From: Callorhinchus milii
Lineage: Eukaryota
Direction: 5' to 3'
NCBI RefSeq assembly: GCF_018977255.1
Contig: NW_024704742.1
Coordinates: 118,050,001 to 118,114,000 of the forward strand
Length of the DNA stretch: 64,000 bases
This document shows, piece after piece, positions 37,401 through 51,800 of the stretch (positions are counted from its first letter, which is position 1; the number at the start of each line of letters is the position of its first letter). The notes beneath the pieces are model-generated. The model searched no databases, was not told where the DNA came from, and was given only the letters and a program-made list of their open reading frames with translations. The position numbers and the translations under genes are program-made.

Positions 37401-40334
37401 GTAGGCGGGAACAAACTGACCTAAGATGTTTTGGGAAACACAGGAAAACAGGAACAGGATAAGGTCACTCAGTCCATCAAGACTGTTCTGCCAGTTTATT
37501 AGATCTTGGCAGATTTTTAAATCCCAATGCCTCTCCCTTTCATCATCTCCTTTACTAACTACTACCCATGTGTCTGTGCAGAACCCTCTACCAAGGAGAA
37601 GAGCCTTCCACTATCTAACTTGTCAATTCCTTTTATTATTTTAGTTGAAAAGATAATTGTTTCAACTAAAATAATGAAAGGAATTGACAAGTCTGAAAAC
37701 TTTTTTTTTTAAAAAGTATTTCGTTTTTGAAGCTCACATATAAACGGGTGCCAATATTGATTAATTCTTAGCCAAACCAATATTTTACCAGAGTAGAACA
37801 GTTAAGAAGCTCCACTGGTAAGGGACTTTTCTGGAAACATTACACCACTTTTAAACAGAAGAGTGCTCAAAACTTACAGATTCAATAAAACTGGGGAGAT
37901 AATAATAATAATCCTTGCATTTGATTTCACGCCTTATCATGGTCATTGAGAGGTCTCATGTGCAGAAAACTATCACTGCAGGGGAATCAGGGATAGGCAA
38001 AAAGTTATTGCCTTACCAGCAGTACAAACATTTCAAGAAGGAGTTCAAAAAAATTCAGGAATACAAAAAAGCCTAACTGTAAATTATACAATACACAGCG
38101 TTTTTGAATAATGCAATTTCCTCAATCCTAATGGCTTCAGTTTTTTACACTTACACTACAAATCTCCTGAACATAAACATAAAAAAGCAAAATCAAGTTT
38201 TATTACAATTGAGTCAGAGTCAACCTTGCTGGCCCACAGCCCAGTTTCACTGTTCTCATTCTGCATCAAGGACTAAAAAGTGCACAATGTACCAGCAAAT
38301 AAAACCTTACTCAGCAAAATGTTTTTTTTAAAAAAAACACTGCATCATAAACTTCAGAGTATTTTAGTTAAACAATCAGAGACCTAGATACAAGTCACAT
38401 GCTCTCTCTCTCTCTCTCTCTGGTGCACCTGAATTTCCATCTATTAGTTTGAAGCATTTAAAAGTAATGCACATATTACTGAGCAATACATTTATTGAAA
38501 CCTCTGTTATGTCATCTCACTATGTAAATGTTTTGATGTAATTGAGGAAATTAACAGAACTTTTTTTTTCGAAAAGGCTTTTGCATATTAACATATCTGG
38601 GAAAGTTAATGGACACTGGAGTGTTTGCATGGTACTAACAGTGAGTGGATATAACTTTTTTGATAGAACATTTATTGCAACCTCATGCAAATACACAAGT
38701 TGAATCAACACACAATGAAATTCAATAAACATTCAAACTATTCTAATACCCATCAGTCAAGTACAGCTTGCTGGACTAATGCAAACTAGAATAAATATGG
38801 ATTAAATTGTGCAGTTCATAATAAATGGAAACAAACAAATTAATACTAATACACTGTATTAGTGCAATTATGATCAAACATGTTCAAACAACTATCTCCA
38901 GTTAGCAACCAGCCTGGAACAGCCTGCACACCAAAGTCTTACCCTTATATATAAAGGCCACTTTAGCTCAGTTCCCTGAATGGTTGTTTGACTGTATTTA
39001 CATCTGAGCACTACTAAACTGCTTGGCATTCCTACCTCCCCAATGATTTTCAACTACAGGTTCTATCTCAACCCTCAACTATACATTTCTGTGCCACCTC
39101 TGCCCCGGAAAACACACTGAACTAAAAATTGCAATATAGAACTCGTTATGAATAACAAATAATATTTTTCCAAAAGATGCGTGCAACAGCTTCAAGAATG
39201 AAAATGTCATGTTACATCTTTAATTCTCACTGTTTTTTCACCTCTGCTTTCTCCACCAAAAGAACAAACATCTCTCCACAAAGTTCCCGGCCTGCAACAA
39301 AGTGAGCAGCTATCAGCCTGCAACAAAGTGAGCAGCAAACTAGCTAGAGTGCCAAATAACACTCTGTAACCAGCTTGTTTCTCCTACCCGAGGTCAGAGC
39401 TTAGCTTCTAAGATCTAAATAGTTGTTCTGCTGAAAAGTAATAAATTATCTTCAAATATGGCAGAGTATGCACACACTTGAATGCCCCGGTCCCCCTGTA
39501 CACAAGGCATATCCCAACCCAAAGCCTTCCTTTCTCTCCCTTGCAAATGGACTCACAACTCATCAAACGAGAGATTCTGATCAAGGTGCTTTGGATCTCA
39601 TAATTCCAGAATACCCACCCAAACTTCCTCCCATTACAACATTGAACCATTTCTTAAATGACCTTTAATAAATGAGTTCAGCACCCAGGCCTCAATCAGC
39701 CTTTCTGGTAAGCAATCCTAGTTGTTAATTATCTCTGGGAAAAGAAATACGTCCTGGTGTCTGTCCTGAAATTGCCCGTTGCAACTCTGAACCTGTGCCT
39801 TCTTCTGCTGCTTTGGCATATTTGAAAGTATTGCTCTGGGTTGACTTTCTCAATTCTATTTGAAATCTTTTATTTCTATACAACCTCCTCTCAGACTTTA
39901 AAAAATAATTTTAGCGTTTCCAATTATTTTTCTTCCGCATCGTCATACATTTCTTTGCTTATGATCTGGCCTCCTGGGTTGAGAAGTATTTTACAGGCAG
40001 CGATTGCTCTCCGATATGACGCCCAAATGGCTCCTGTTCATGTGTGAATTTTGGCTGCGACTATTGGCAGCCACTGGACTACAGAAGATGCTATGGCCAA
40101 GTCTGTCCTCTCCCTAACCAGCTACCACACATATACTAAACCAGTGTTGAAGAGGAACCAGGAGCAGGAACCCTGACAAATCACCTCTTTAACCTTGGAA
40201 AGTCAAGACCAATTTAGTCTCCTCATCCAATCACAGCTAATACCAGCAATCTGAGTATAGACCAGGATTCAAACCAACTAGCTCCCATTGCATTAGCTGC
40301 AGCTCTATCCGCTACATCGTCAGGCTACCCCCAG

Positions 40335-41325
40335 GCATTCTTTTGAAGACTGAAGAGCCCTAGTCTGTCTGATCATTGTTCATAGCTCATAGTGGAATCC
40401 TGTAGCTCAGTGGTTAGAGTACTCGCCTTGCAAGCGAGAGACCTGGGTTTGATTCTCAGCAGGGCGAAACTTTGGGCAAGTTTCCTTACTCCACACGCCT
40501 GACAATAATCCCTCACAAGGAAAAAAACAATAATAAATTGGTCACTTCAATCCACGACTGTTTGTAGGACACTGCTGTGCGCAATTGGCTGTCGTGTTTC
40601 GCCTACAAAATACAGTCAATTCACTTTACAGTATATTCTGTGAAGCCCTTTGAGAAGTCTAGAAGACGTGATATGGCTCTATATCAAATGCAAGGATTGT
40701 TATTATTATATCTTTAACCCTGAGTTATCATCCTTGTGGCTCTCGTCTTCACTGCCTCTAGAGACTGGCTAACCACTTTGTGCTGCAGTGTCCAGAACTG
40801 TATGCAGTACTCCAGGTGCAGCTTAATCAGAGCACTGCACATGATTTCTGGGGATCTGCTTGTTGCTGCCTCACACTGTTTTGACAAGATAAACCATGTG
40901 TTAAGTTAACATCCCAAGATCTCTTTCAGCTTCCCGTTTGCAAGTTCTATCCCATTCATTTCATTCTTTACAGTTCCATTTATTTAGCAGCATTACCCTT
41001 AATTTGCCGATCATCAACTCTCCTTTTGAAGCCCTATGCTGCCTCCTTAGTCCCCCCTTCCCCCCAGCCAATTTGGTAGCATCTGTAAATTTAACTATCA
41101 TGCACTGTGTTTGTGAATCAAAGTTATTGATGTATACAAGTTACTGGTGGGGTTCCAGTGCAGAGCTCCAAGGTACCACATTTAATACATCCCTACTTTT
41201 TGACTCAGTTCTCCTAACGACCACCTTCTACTTCCCTTTCTCCATGTAATTTACAATTCAGGTCTTGCTATAGATATCAGTGACAACAATTTGTGAAAGA
41301 ATCTTTTGGAAGCCTAGATACACCA
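40335..41325 (-). mobile_element. Old CR1 RT fragment hosting a SINE
   Basis: Reverse-strand remnants of LEYCIQFW (CAGAACTGTATGCAGTACTCCAG) and KFTDATK (TTGGTAGCATCTGTAAATTT). Confidence 0.7.
40394..40709 (+). mobile_element. Full-length tRNA-SINE, short variant
   Basis: A and B boxes, a TGC anticodon-like loop, core and tail. Confidence 0.93.
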
Positions 41326-43025
41326 CAACAGCAGCAAAATTACACTTGTATAGCGTCTTTCACATCAGGAGGATGTCCCAAGGCGTTGGACAATCAATGT
41401 TTTGCACCCTAGCTGGGGGTCAGGATCGGCGAGGGTGGAAAGCAGGGGTGAAGGAGGGTGACCGAAGGCACGGTCTTGAGAGGCAAGGGAGGGGGTGAGG
41501 CGAAGGTTCTGCAGGATGGAGTTCCAGAGGGTGGGAGCAGAGTGTCAGAATGGTGGAGCGGGCGAGGTGGGGACGTGAAGCAGGCTGCAGCCTGCTGAGC
41601 AGACGAAGCGGGCAGGTTGGTAGGCTGTTAGGAAGTCACAGAGGTAGGGGGGAGCAAGGCGATGGAGAACTTTAAAGGTGAGGACCAGGATCTTGAACTC
41701 AGTATCCTCTGTGTGAGGTGGGGACCAGGATTTCAGCGGCTTGTGGAGTGAGGTATTTGCGGAGACGGGCGATGCGTCGGAGGTGGAGGAAAGCGGTGCT
41801 AGTAAGAGACCGGATCCCGTACACAACCTAAGTGTCAGGTTCGACCCACAATTATCCTTCCTCCCCCACATCCGGTCCCTCACCAGCACCGCTTTTTTCT
41901 ACCTCCGAAGCATTACCCATCTCTGCCAATACCTCACTCCAAAAGCCACTGAAACAGTGGTCCATGCCTTTGTCACCTCTCAGCTGGACTATTCAAATGC
42001 CCTCCTCGCCGGTCTCACCTCCACCACCATCCATAAAATTCAGGTCATACAAAACTCAGCCACCCACATTCTTACCCGTTCCCCGATTACACCAATCCTT
42101 GCCAGACTGCACTGGTTGCCTGTCCCAGAGAGGATTGACTTCAAGATCCTCACCCTTGTCTTCAAACCCCTCTACTTCTCTGCAATCCCCTACCTCTCTG
42201 ACCTCCTCTCTCCTCACAACAGTGCCCGTTGCCTTCGTTCCACCGGGTCTGGCCTGCTCCTTGTCCCCAGAGGCCTCCGCTCCACCCTCTGCGGCCATGC
42301 TTTCAGCCACTATGCCTCGAGGCTCTGGAACTCTCTTCCTCTCTCCCTTCGCCTGCCCCTCACCCTGACCATTTCCCCCCTGCTCGGGTCCTGACCCAAC
42401 TGTCCAGCGCCTTGGGACGTCCTCCCGACGTGAAAGGCGCTCTATAAATGGAATCTTGTTGTTGTTGCCCCCTTTCTTCCTATTTTCAGATATCGGCTGA
42501 AGACCTTTCTTTTCAACCGCGCCTTTGGTCACCTTCCTCCCCTCCCCCTGGCTCGGTCCCGGGATCCGTTACTGTGAAGCGCTCTGAGACACCGTCTGGC
42601 GTGGAGGGTGCTATATAAATCCAAGTTGTTGGAAGCCAGAGGAGTCAGGCGAGGTGGGGTGATAGGGTCACGGAGCCTGAGACGGGAGAGGACACGGGCT
42701 GCAGAGTTCTCGATGATTTGCAGCCTATGGAGGGAGGAGTCGGGGAGGCTGACAAGTAGGGAGTTTGCGTAGTCAAGCCTGAATGTTATGAATGCGTGTA
42801 TGAGGATTTCGGCAGGTCATTGTATAAATAGGAGTTAGAAAGTATAGCTGGGGGTCGCCAAGGTTCCGGACTGGCTTAGCAAGGTGGAGTGCGTATCCTT
42901 AGAGGGTGATGCTGTCAGTCTAAGCCTTCTGAAAATGCTTCCTCACTATGTCATCAGTGCCTTGGGACATCCTCCCGACGTGAAAAGCGCTGTACAAATG
43001 TAATTTTGTGGTTGTTGTTGTTGTT
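41323..43025. mobile_element. L2 cluster: ~41323-41816 (-), ~41815-42468 (+), ~42632-42920 (-) and further 3' tails
   Basis: ORF 41741-42394 has L2 ORF2 C-terminal motifs (HAFVTSQLDYSNALLAG, LHWLPVPERIDFKIL, LWNSLP); several L2 3' hairpins with (TTG)n tails. Confidence 0.92.
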
Positions 43026-45062
43026 ATAAGTCTTACCATGGTCAATTTTGGATAACAACTGCTCAAAAAGCTCAATGAAGTTGGCCAGACAATGGAATGA
43101 GTTTCACTGCTGTTAAAGAAGACTTTGGTAGGGATAATTTATCAACGTGTGAATATATATATAGTTTGAGGGTAAATAGTGCAACAGACCATCACTTAGA
43201 ATTTGGCAAAATCCAAAACTACATTACTAATGGTCTGGCAGATAGTGAGGAAGCAGTTTCAAAGCCTGTTCCCATCACAACCAATTGAAAGGGGAGGAAA
43301 ACACCGGCACTAAATTTACTCTCAGTGCTTAGTGCAGGAGTAACTATGGTTACCTGGGTGTCCCAATTAAAAGATTAAGCAATAGATAAACAAAATCATG
43401 AAATGATTGCAGTGAGCAATGTAACTGAACAACTCCCCCAATGGTGGCTAATTGCCTTTAGAAGTGTAGCTAGGCGGCTCCTACATTTTCTCCTAGAGAA
43501 TTGTGAAAACACAAGGTCATGAGAGGACAGAAACCGTAAAACAGGATGCACATATAAGGGATAAATGTGAGGAAACTGCATATTAAGTGCTAAGACCAGA
43601 GTGAATGGCTCGGATGGTTTAAAATACTGAAATCTACAAGGGCTCAAACAATCACTGAGGCTTTCATTCACATTTCACCGAATTAATCTTAAATCTTCAA
43701 ACTATAAAGTGTTCTATATATTTGAGATTATTGAGTAACTCTTTCATACACAAGAACAATTTGAAAATATCAGACAATAAAAATGAAACACTGGAGGAAT
43801 AAAAATGTTGCTGTAATTTAAAGCAGTGGTCAACTTATATTTTCTTAAGGTATTGCTATTTACTTTGACCTCGCAGGTATAAGGTGGGATATTCATCACT
43901 GCAGTTTGACTAACTCGTTTTGTCTGTCAATAAGTGATGCCTTAATCTTTGCTTTATCTTGTCCAGAATCACATCTCAACAGTGCTGTCATTTTTCAAGG
44001 TCTGAATATGCTCCAACTACATATCACAGGTTGACAAAAACAGACATATGGTGAGACCTACTTTCGCAAACTCTTCTCTGCTATACATGTAACTATAATT
44101 CAGAACAAATTACCTAACCTTGACTTAGGCGATCCTAGATTTTTCACCCCTTTTTATGAACAAGTGATAAAGCATTTGGAGATGTTGATTGAGGGGGTCT
44201 ATTATGCTTCGACTTAAAGCTGAGGTGATTGATGCAAGAAATAGTCACCTTCTGAACACAATACAAATCCCATACCCTTTTTGTCAAATGACCTGAAAAT
44301 CCTGCTGACATTCTGAAAGAACCCTCAAGGAGACTAAGTATGCTACAAAAAGTACAAGAAGAGAATGAGAAACAGAAGTGTTTGGTATGTAAAGTTTGCA
44401 ACTACAAAGGACAGATTTTGTTCTGTAATGGATAACCTTTAAACAGCATTCACTTTGAGCTGTGCAAAGACAAAATGAGCAGCATTAATCCATTGAAATG
44501 TCCTTTTTAATCACAACCTTCATCCACTGCAGCTGGACTGATTTTGAGAAGAAGAGGGAAAGGAATCCTTCCACAGAGCTTTTTCCCTCCCACAATATTG
44601 ATTAAGATTAATCATCTAAAAATGTGTTTCCTTTCCAAAAAGAGAAAGAAAAGCTAATGAAATGCTTACACCAACATTTTTTAATTGGCACTTTAAATAT
44701 TTCACCCTATAGTTTTTTTTAAGGCACCGACTCATGAAGGTGCTATCTTCTGGTACCTCAACCAACTGACCATTATTTAGGTTAGTTTGGTTTTACTGTA
44801 CTTTATGGAATAACCCAACCAAGTCCACGTCTGTCATTGCCTAACACACATGCACTTTTCTAGTTGTGAGTCACCCATTGCTGATCAGGAATGAAAACCT
44901 TGGCTGTACCTCCCACCTAAGAACGCTAAGGCTAAATCCTGGCTGACACAGATAATTCAGCACATATCCAACCTGGAACCTTTCTGCTCTGTATGTTTCA
45001 GTTCTAGAAAGAACAATGAATGTATTAGCTGAGCCCAAAAGAAAGTTTTTTTTCTTATATAG

Positions 45063-45420
45063 AATAATAATCCTTGTATTTGATGTAGTGCCTTATCACA
45101 TTGCCGAGACATCTCAAAGCGCTTCATAGGATATACTGTTAAGTGCAGTAACTGTATTTTGTGGACGAATGTGGCAGCCAGTTTGCACACAGCAAAGTCC
45201 CACAAGCAGTCATGGAGTGTGTGATCAATTTTATTTGGGGACTTTTTGGCCAGGAAACTGGGAGAAACTCCCTTCTCTTTTTGAACAGTGCAATGGGATC
45301 TTTAACGTCCACCTGAACAGGCAGAAGGGACCAAGGTTTAATGTCTCATTCAAAGGAAGGCACCTCTGACAATGCAGCACCCCCCACCACTATACTGGGG
45401 TGTCAGCTTAGACTATGTAT
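45063..45420 (-). mobile_element. Ancient Deu-domain SINE
   Basis: The minus strand reads GCTGACACCCCAGT...TGCTGCATTGTCAGAGGTGCC...TCAGGTGGACGTTAAAGATCCCATTGCACT, followed by the SINE tail. Confidence 0.85.
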
Positions 45421-46684
45421 ATTAAAAAATGCCAATTCTCCCTAGTCATCAAAAAATTATAGCTGAGGTGACTGATCATAGTTTTGGCCACAGATTCCAT
45501 TGGACTCCCCAGTAAATGTGATTCCAGTGAAATTCTGCTGAAAAACAGGGATGTTGGCTTAGACAACAGTTCACAGCTGGGAACACAATTAGCCAATGAT
45601 ATAGCGATGAAGTTGGATGGCATCTGTTTCAAGCAGACAGCTTGGGTACAGATTCTCAATACTGTATGTAGTATAATGCAAATCACACAACAAATTTGTG
45701 TGAAATCACCATGATATTTCTCATATATGAGCAATATGGAATGTTTTCCATTGACACAAAAAAATGTAACTAACTTCTCATCAGTCACCAGCAAAGTGCT
45801 AGTGGAAAACCCCCACTGTGAATGCAGCTGTGAATGTAGCAACTGACACCCAATAAATGTTGCTCAGCTTTCCAATATAGACAATGCCAGGAAATAAGCT
45901 TATTTTACACAATATAGGCAAGGCTTTATGCATTTTCTCAAGTGTCACTATGACAACGACTGGAGCCTGCTCCTATAATTCCTCATTATACCACCACAGA
46001 ACTGAAATCTTAAGATCCTGAGTATTGTCATCAAAGAAAACCTACACATAAATACCCAATATTAGTTTATTGTTGATTAATAAGTAAAACTAGACACAGT
46101 GGAGAGCCAGTCATCTGAAATAGTGAGACCAGGCCATTGTGAATAAATTAACATATTATAAGCACTCCCAAGACACGGTGCTATATAAATGTAAGATGTT
46201 GTACTTAAATACAAATTTTGTCAGCACACAAAATACAATTTGGTTACAATGCTAATATTCTTTTATGAAGCACTTAAACTGTCACATGAGCAGGGTTAAC
46301 AGGAGCTGAATGGGAGGATTCCCTACCCCTAGTGACTAGGTCCTTGAAAGAGTCGTTGCTTCACAGCTTCGGCGCCTTCCAAAAGCCTCAAGTGCACCTT
46401 ATCAGGGTGTGTGCAGGTGCACACTGTTTTAATGGAAAAGTCCCAAAAAACGTGTGGACAATCTATGGGCAGTGGAAGGAATGTACCGTAAACAATGGAA
46501 TGTTTTTTGTATCAGGAGAAAAGGAAAACTTGTAACAGAAGATGTTGTTTGTTTTGGATTTCTGTTGAACCAAATATTATATTTAAAAATAAGTATATAT
46601 TTTTAAAAAACGTTGCTCATTCCTCTCCTACTACTCCCTTCACAATCCTCTCCAATTGGGTTTCTGTGCTGCTTACAGCAAAAA

Positions 46685-47779
46685 AAACTGCTACGGTCAA
46701 AGTGACAAATGACATTAAGTCCATCTGTGACCAAGGCTTCCCCTGCCTCCTCGACCTCTCTGTTGCCTTTGGTACCATGGACCATTCCATCCTCCTCCAC
46801 CGCCTCTCCTCTCACCTCAACTTTCAAGGTTCTGTCCTTGAATGGTTCAGGTCTTATCTCTCACACTGTCACCAATTTGTCTCCACCAACTGTTTCTCTT
46901 CCAGCCCCTGTACTCTTTTGTGTGTTGTTCCTCAGGGCTCTGTCCTTGGTCCCCTCCTCTTCAACCTCTACGTGCTCCCTCTTGTTGACATCATCCGCCG
47001 ACATGGAGTCAACTTACACATGTACGTGGACGACACCCAACTCTATCTCTGCCTCCACCCTCGATTCCAGGACAACTGACATCCTGACAGACTGTCTGTC
47101 TGACATCAAGTCTTGGACGAGAGTCAACTTTCTACAGCTGGATATCAGCAAGACTGAGGCTCTCCTGATCGGCTCCTGTCAGCGCCTCCGCACCTCAGGC
47201 ACTGGCAGCATCAGCATCCACGGTTGCACACTCCACCTCACCAAGCCAGTCAGGAATCTGGGCGCCTTGATCGACCCTCAACTGTCCTTTCCTCCCTCAT
47301 ATCGATGTCATGACCCACTCAGCCTTCCCCCACCTCTGCAACATACCCCCACTCCACCGCTGCCTCATCCCTCAGGCTGCCGAAACCCTTATACCTGCAT
47401 TCGTCACCTCAAGGCTCGAATACGGAAACTCCCTCCTTGTCGACCTCCCCAACTCTTCCCTCCACAAGCTGCAGATCATCCAGAACTCTGCAGCTGGTGT
47501 CCTCTCCCGCACTAGGCTCCATGACCCCATCACCCCCCACCCTTGCCAGCTCCACTGGCTCCCAATCTCTCAGAGCATAGAATTCAAAATCCTCGTCCTC
47601 ACCTTCACGGCCCTCCACAGCCTTGGCATCCTTTTTGACCATGCCTTCAGCCGCCCTCCTACTCCCTCATCCCAACCCTGCACCCCTAATGCTTGGGTCC
47701 TGATCCCTGACCGTTCAGTGCCTTAGAGCATCCTCCCGACGTGAAAGGCGCTTTACAAATGTAATTTTGTTGTTGTTGT
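46685..47779 (+). mobile_element. 5'-truncated, internally deleted L2 LINE (RT domain to 3' end)
   Basis: Motifs LLDLSVAFGTMDH, VPQGSVLGPLLFNLY, YVDDTQLY and LHWLPISQSIEFKIL; (TTG)n tail. Confidence 0.93.
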
Positions 47780-48544
47780 CTGCCCTTTCAAGTCCTGCCG
47801 ATAAGCCAGACTGGCTGTGCTGTCATCAGCAGTGCCCCAGAGCATTATGGACCCTCAGGAACCGGTCTACGGAAACCGCAATAGAGGGCTGGCTTGATTC
47901 CGACATTCCATTGCCAAACATGTCTTCCTGGAGCCAGTTCAACTCCAAGGAGACCCGCCACCACACCAAGGAGGATAAAACACTTTGCAAACAACTAATC
48001 ATAGCATATTGCATACAGTGTTTATGCAATCACTTTGAAAACAATATTAAACTGATAGCTAATCAAAATAAGACTCATAACATACTCCATAGATACAACT
48101 AATTACAGTACTTTAAATGAGGAAAAAAATATTTTAAAAAAATTGGTACACACTGCATAGCAAAATAACCCATTTTACTAAATGTCCCAAAAGGCGAAAA
48201 GAGGGATGATGAGCTGCTCAATGTTCTGTTGCAGAATAGCAGGGCATGGGTCACCGGCCAAGGTTGTCCATGTGCCAAGGACTCAATCTCAGCAATGTAG
48301 GATGGAAAGGCAGAGGCCAGATAGTCTCCCCACAGAGAAAAAAAATAGAGAGGCATCCATGCCACATATTCAGACAACTCCTCATAGCAGAACCAGACAC
48401 AGACAGACGCGAGTCACAAACCAAGCAAGGGAAATGAATGGAAATATATAATGAAAAAATAAACATGCTTAGGCGTCATATCACTGCATTTATAGTTCAG
48501 CCTAGTTCAGTTAGTCATCCTCTCCTCTACGAGTCGGGAGCTCA

Positions 48545-48882
48545 CAGTTAGATTGACAGTGTAATGTAGTTGTGAGGAGTGCTGCATCGTCAGTGATGCT
48601 GTCCTTCGGATGTGAAATTAAACAGCTGTAGGTTGAGGTGGACATTAAAGAACTCACAGCACATTTGTAAAGAGAAGGAAACTTTTCCCAGTGTCCTGGC
48701 AAATAATTCCCCAGGTAAAAAAAAAGTCATGCGATTCACTGATGTTTGTGTATTTGTAGGCGAGCCCAGGAGCCAATTTATGAACAACAGTCACAACAAC
48801 TTGCAGAAAAAAATGTGAAGCACTTTGAGACATTTCAATGTGATAAAACACTACATCACACTCAAGGATTATTATGATTATT
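48545..48882 (+). mobile_element. Ancient Deu-domain SINE
   Basis: Contains GAGTGCTGCATCGTCAGTGATGCTGTCCTTCGGATG...GAGGTGGACATTAAAGA...GTGTCCTGGCAAA and the SINE tail. Confidence 0.75.
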
Positions 48883-51800
48883 TCACCTGTGGGCCCAGTT
48901 CAGATCCTGCCCAGATGGCAGCCTCTCCGATGCCATTAAAACCAGATTCCCATTACTTGAATTACTTATTGAATTAAATGATTTGAGCTTGATTAAACAA
49001 CATTGATTGCTGATAGTATCCATATATACGTCGCCTGCAAACTATACACTCAATTCACTTTCCAGTATATTCTGTGAAGCTCTTTGAGACATCTCAAATG
49101 CAAAGATTATTATTATCATAATACACACACAGTAATTATTTATCTTCTTAATCCTCAGTAGACTGATCTACCGATGTAACTGCTAAATCTCAGTGGTTCA
49201 CTTCACAGTGACAATTTAACTGACAACATTCAGGTAGAGCATTTTGTTTGGAGAAAGAAGCAAATTTGAACAATCTATTTCAATGGAAGGACCACTAGAT
49301 TTTTCAGTACAATAACTTCAAGCTTAGTACTTTAACTAAGTACCATGTCCATAAAGTTTGGCCCATTTCAGTTCCTCATGGGCAAAAGTTCAGAGTACAA
49401 ATTTGATAATACCTTAGTAATTATGCAGTTTTACTCAGTCTATAAAACAGCTGGTGTGGAAAATGGAAATTTCACACAGTGGTCGGGGGAGGGAAGCTTT
49501 TCATTCGGAGTTGATTAGAGGTAATTAAAAGCAAGTGAGGGATAAATAGATATGAAAAGATTACTTTGATCTGAGATTTTAAATGAACATTATATCAGAA
49601 TAAAAGGTTACATACTGGTTCAAATATACGCATAAAATGGTTGTGCACTTCGGTGCTTTATCAAAGTAACTGAAACATATTTTAAAAGTCTTTGCTGCTA
49701 TTAACATAACAGAGAGAAAAAAATGTATAGAGAGATAGTGCGCGTGAGTGAGAAAGAGATACACACAAGCACGCTCTGTATATACGTGTGTATGTGTGGA
49801 ATACACAGCACCATTTCCTCAGGGCATTTATTACCTGTTAAAAACCAATCTTTTGGTGAGTGGCAGTTCAGGGTTTTCGAGAGCAGGCTGCAATATTTCT
49901 TCGGGTCTGCTGAGTCATAATTAAAGCTGAACCAAGCGGAATTGGAGAGGGAAGGTCAGCAAGGTGCCGTATGAGAGATGAGGCTGGGCTGATGGGCACC
50001 AAATGAACAAATTATGATGGGCCCCACTCAATGTGATGAGGTCAAATGCTTGTTTCTACCCACTGACAGTTCAATTTCCCCAAAATGTCTCTTGATTCAC
50101 TATGACCTAATTATGAATGAAAAGTTATCAACTGCCCACTCCAAAAAGGGCTTAAATACTATTTTCTTTGAGCTTCTAATGTCAAAATGTTATTAGAAAC
50201 TGCATGTTGGCCAGGAGGTTTTCAAACACATTAAGTAGGTTAATATAAAACACTAGTAATAACCATGTCATAATTTTCTAAAAATAGTGAGCTGTATTCT
50301 TGAATTTTAGACATTCATTAAAAGAACAACATCACAAATTCTAGCAAATCATTTTAATTCTCAAAAATAAATGTTTTTTAAAAACTAAACACTCATTTTC
50401 ATATAAGCAAGGTACTCTTTAGGAAAAACAGTTTGCATCATTTACTTGTGCAGCAGATTCTGCAGTGGAGTGAATTAGAGATTAAACCTCAATTTTTCTT
50501 ACTAATAATTCTGCAATGAGACACATTATTTTAAGTGAAGTTTCATCACCCCCCCCCCACCGCCCCACAAATCCTTGTTGGATTAATCTATATAATTTAA
50601 AGGAAGTTGATCCAAACCAGCTTCGCTGTATTTAACAGACATCAGATGCCATCAGCAAGAGACATAAGAATCCCAAAATAAAACTGACGAGATAGGGGCA
50701 CATTCCAACAAATATAAACTATTATCTATCTAAACATCTAACTGCATTGTCCAGTTGTTGTAGGCAATGCTTACCAGATCGGTGCTTGCTCTCTCTGCCC
50801 ATTTTGTGTGGGCTCATTATTTAACTTTACTGCTTAACAAATAACAAGTTCAATTATTTTCTGCATAAGGTAGAGCACATTATAATAAATCACACACTAA
50901 GTTGAATCAATCATCCAGAACCATGTGACAAAACCATCTGAGAGATCTACAACCTCTGTATCCCTCTTTGCACAGATGCGGACCTAAGCATTTCTAACTT
51001 TTCTATTTAAAGTTGCAATGAGAATTTAAATTTACAATCAGAAAAGCTTCATTAGAGAGACCAGCAAAATGGCATCATTTGACAACCAAAACAGAAGATA
51101 AAACAATATTCAGGATCATCTCCAAAAACCTGGAGAATATTGTAGTCTTCTACAGGGATCATAAGGAAGCAGGAATGGCTTTTACTTCAACAGCTTGAGT
51201 GTTATCAAGACTGTTCCCTTTATACTGTTCCCATAATATTTACACTTCCAAACAACTTCCCTCAATAATTTTACAAATGTTTCTCATTCATTGAAAAATC
51301 TCCCAGTTTGTAAGAACCTTGTTTTTACCATGACGTAGGGTACATACAGGTCATTCAGAATTGTAGCATTTTGGTAGCAACAGTCACAACTTCTTTTCTC
51401 GAAAACCACTCCAGATTGATTGATTTTTAAGACAAAGCAGTATTTTTTTCAATTAGATAGATCTCATTGATCATGGGACTGTATGTATTCAATGGCCTCA
51501 GCATTTTCATTACCATCAGGCAGCCAAAAGAGGAAGAGTCTGCTCAGTATAAGGCTCATTTCAATTTCAACAGCCGTAATTAAAGGTTAATTCGCTGTCT
51601 TAGCATTAACCAGAAAATAACCATTGATAGGCAAGCAGCTGCCTTTTATATATTAAGATTAAAACAATAATACTAGATCAGGAATTATAACATTCAACCT
51701 CCAGAAAGGTTCTGAAACCTATTAAGGGGATTCCCCAGCCACTAAATACAAGGGAAACTTAAAAGTTTCTAAAACAATGCAATTAATGCCAAACTTAAAT

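Noticed and set aside
39290..39336. 21-bp direct repeat GCCTGCAACAAAGTGAGCAGC twice; also 17-bp tandem duplications at 4395-4428 and 56281-56314
   Set aside because: Only two copies each, consistent with simple slippage duplications. They are not CRISPR-like arrays.
40050..40320. Possible ancient SINE remnants (also ~1-250, 10630-10830, 11380-11530, 44720-44950)
   Set aside because: Too degenerate to assign by eye; a Dfam HMM search is needed.
46495..47726. Long overlapping ORFs (also 41741-42394, 31130-31732, 15138-15987)
   Set aside because: Frameshifted L2 or CR1 ORF2 remnants and their alternative frames, not host genes or intact elements.
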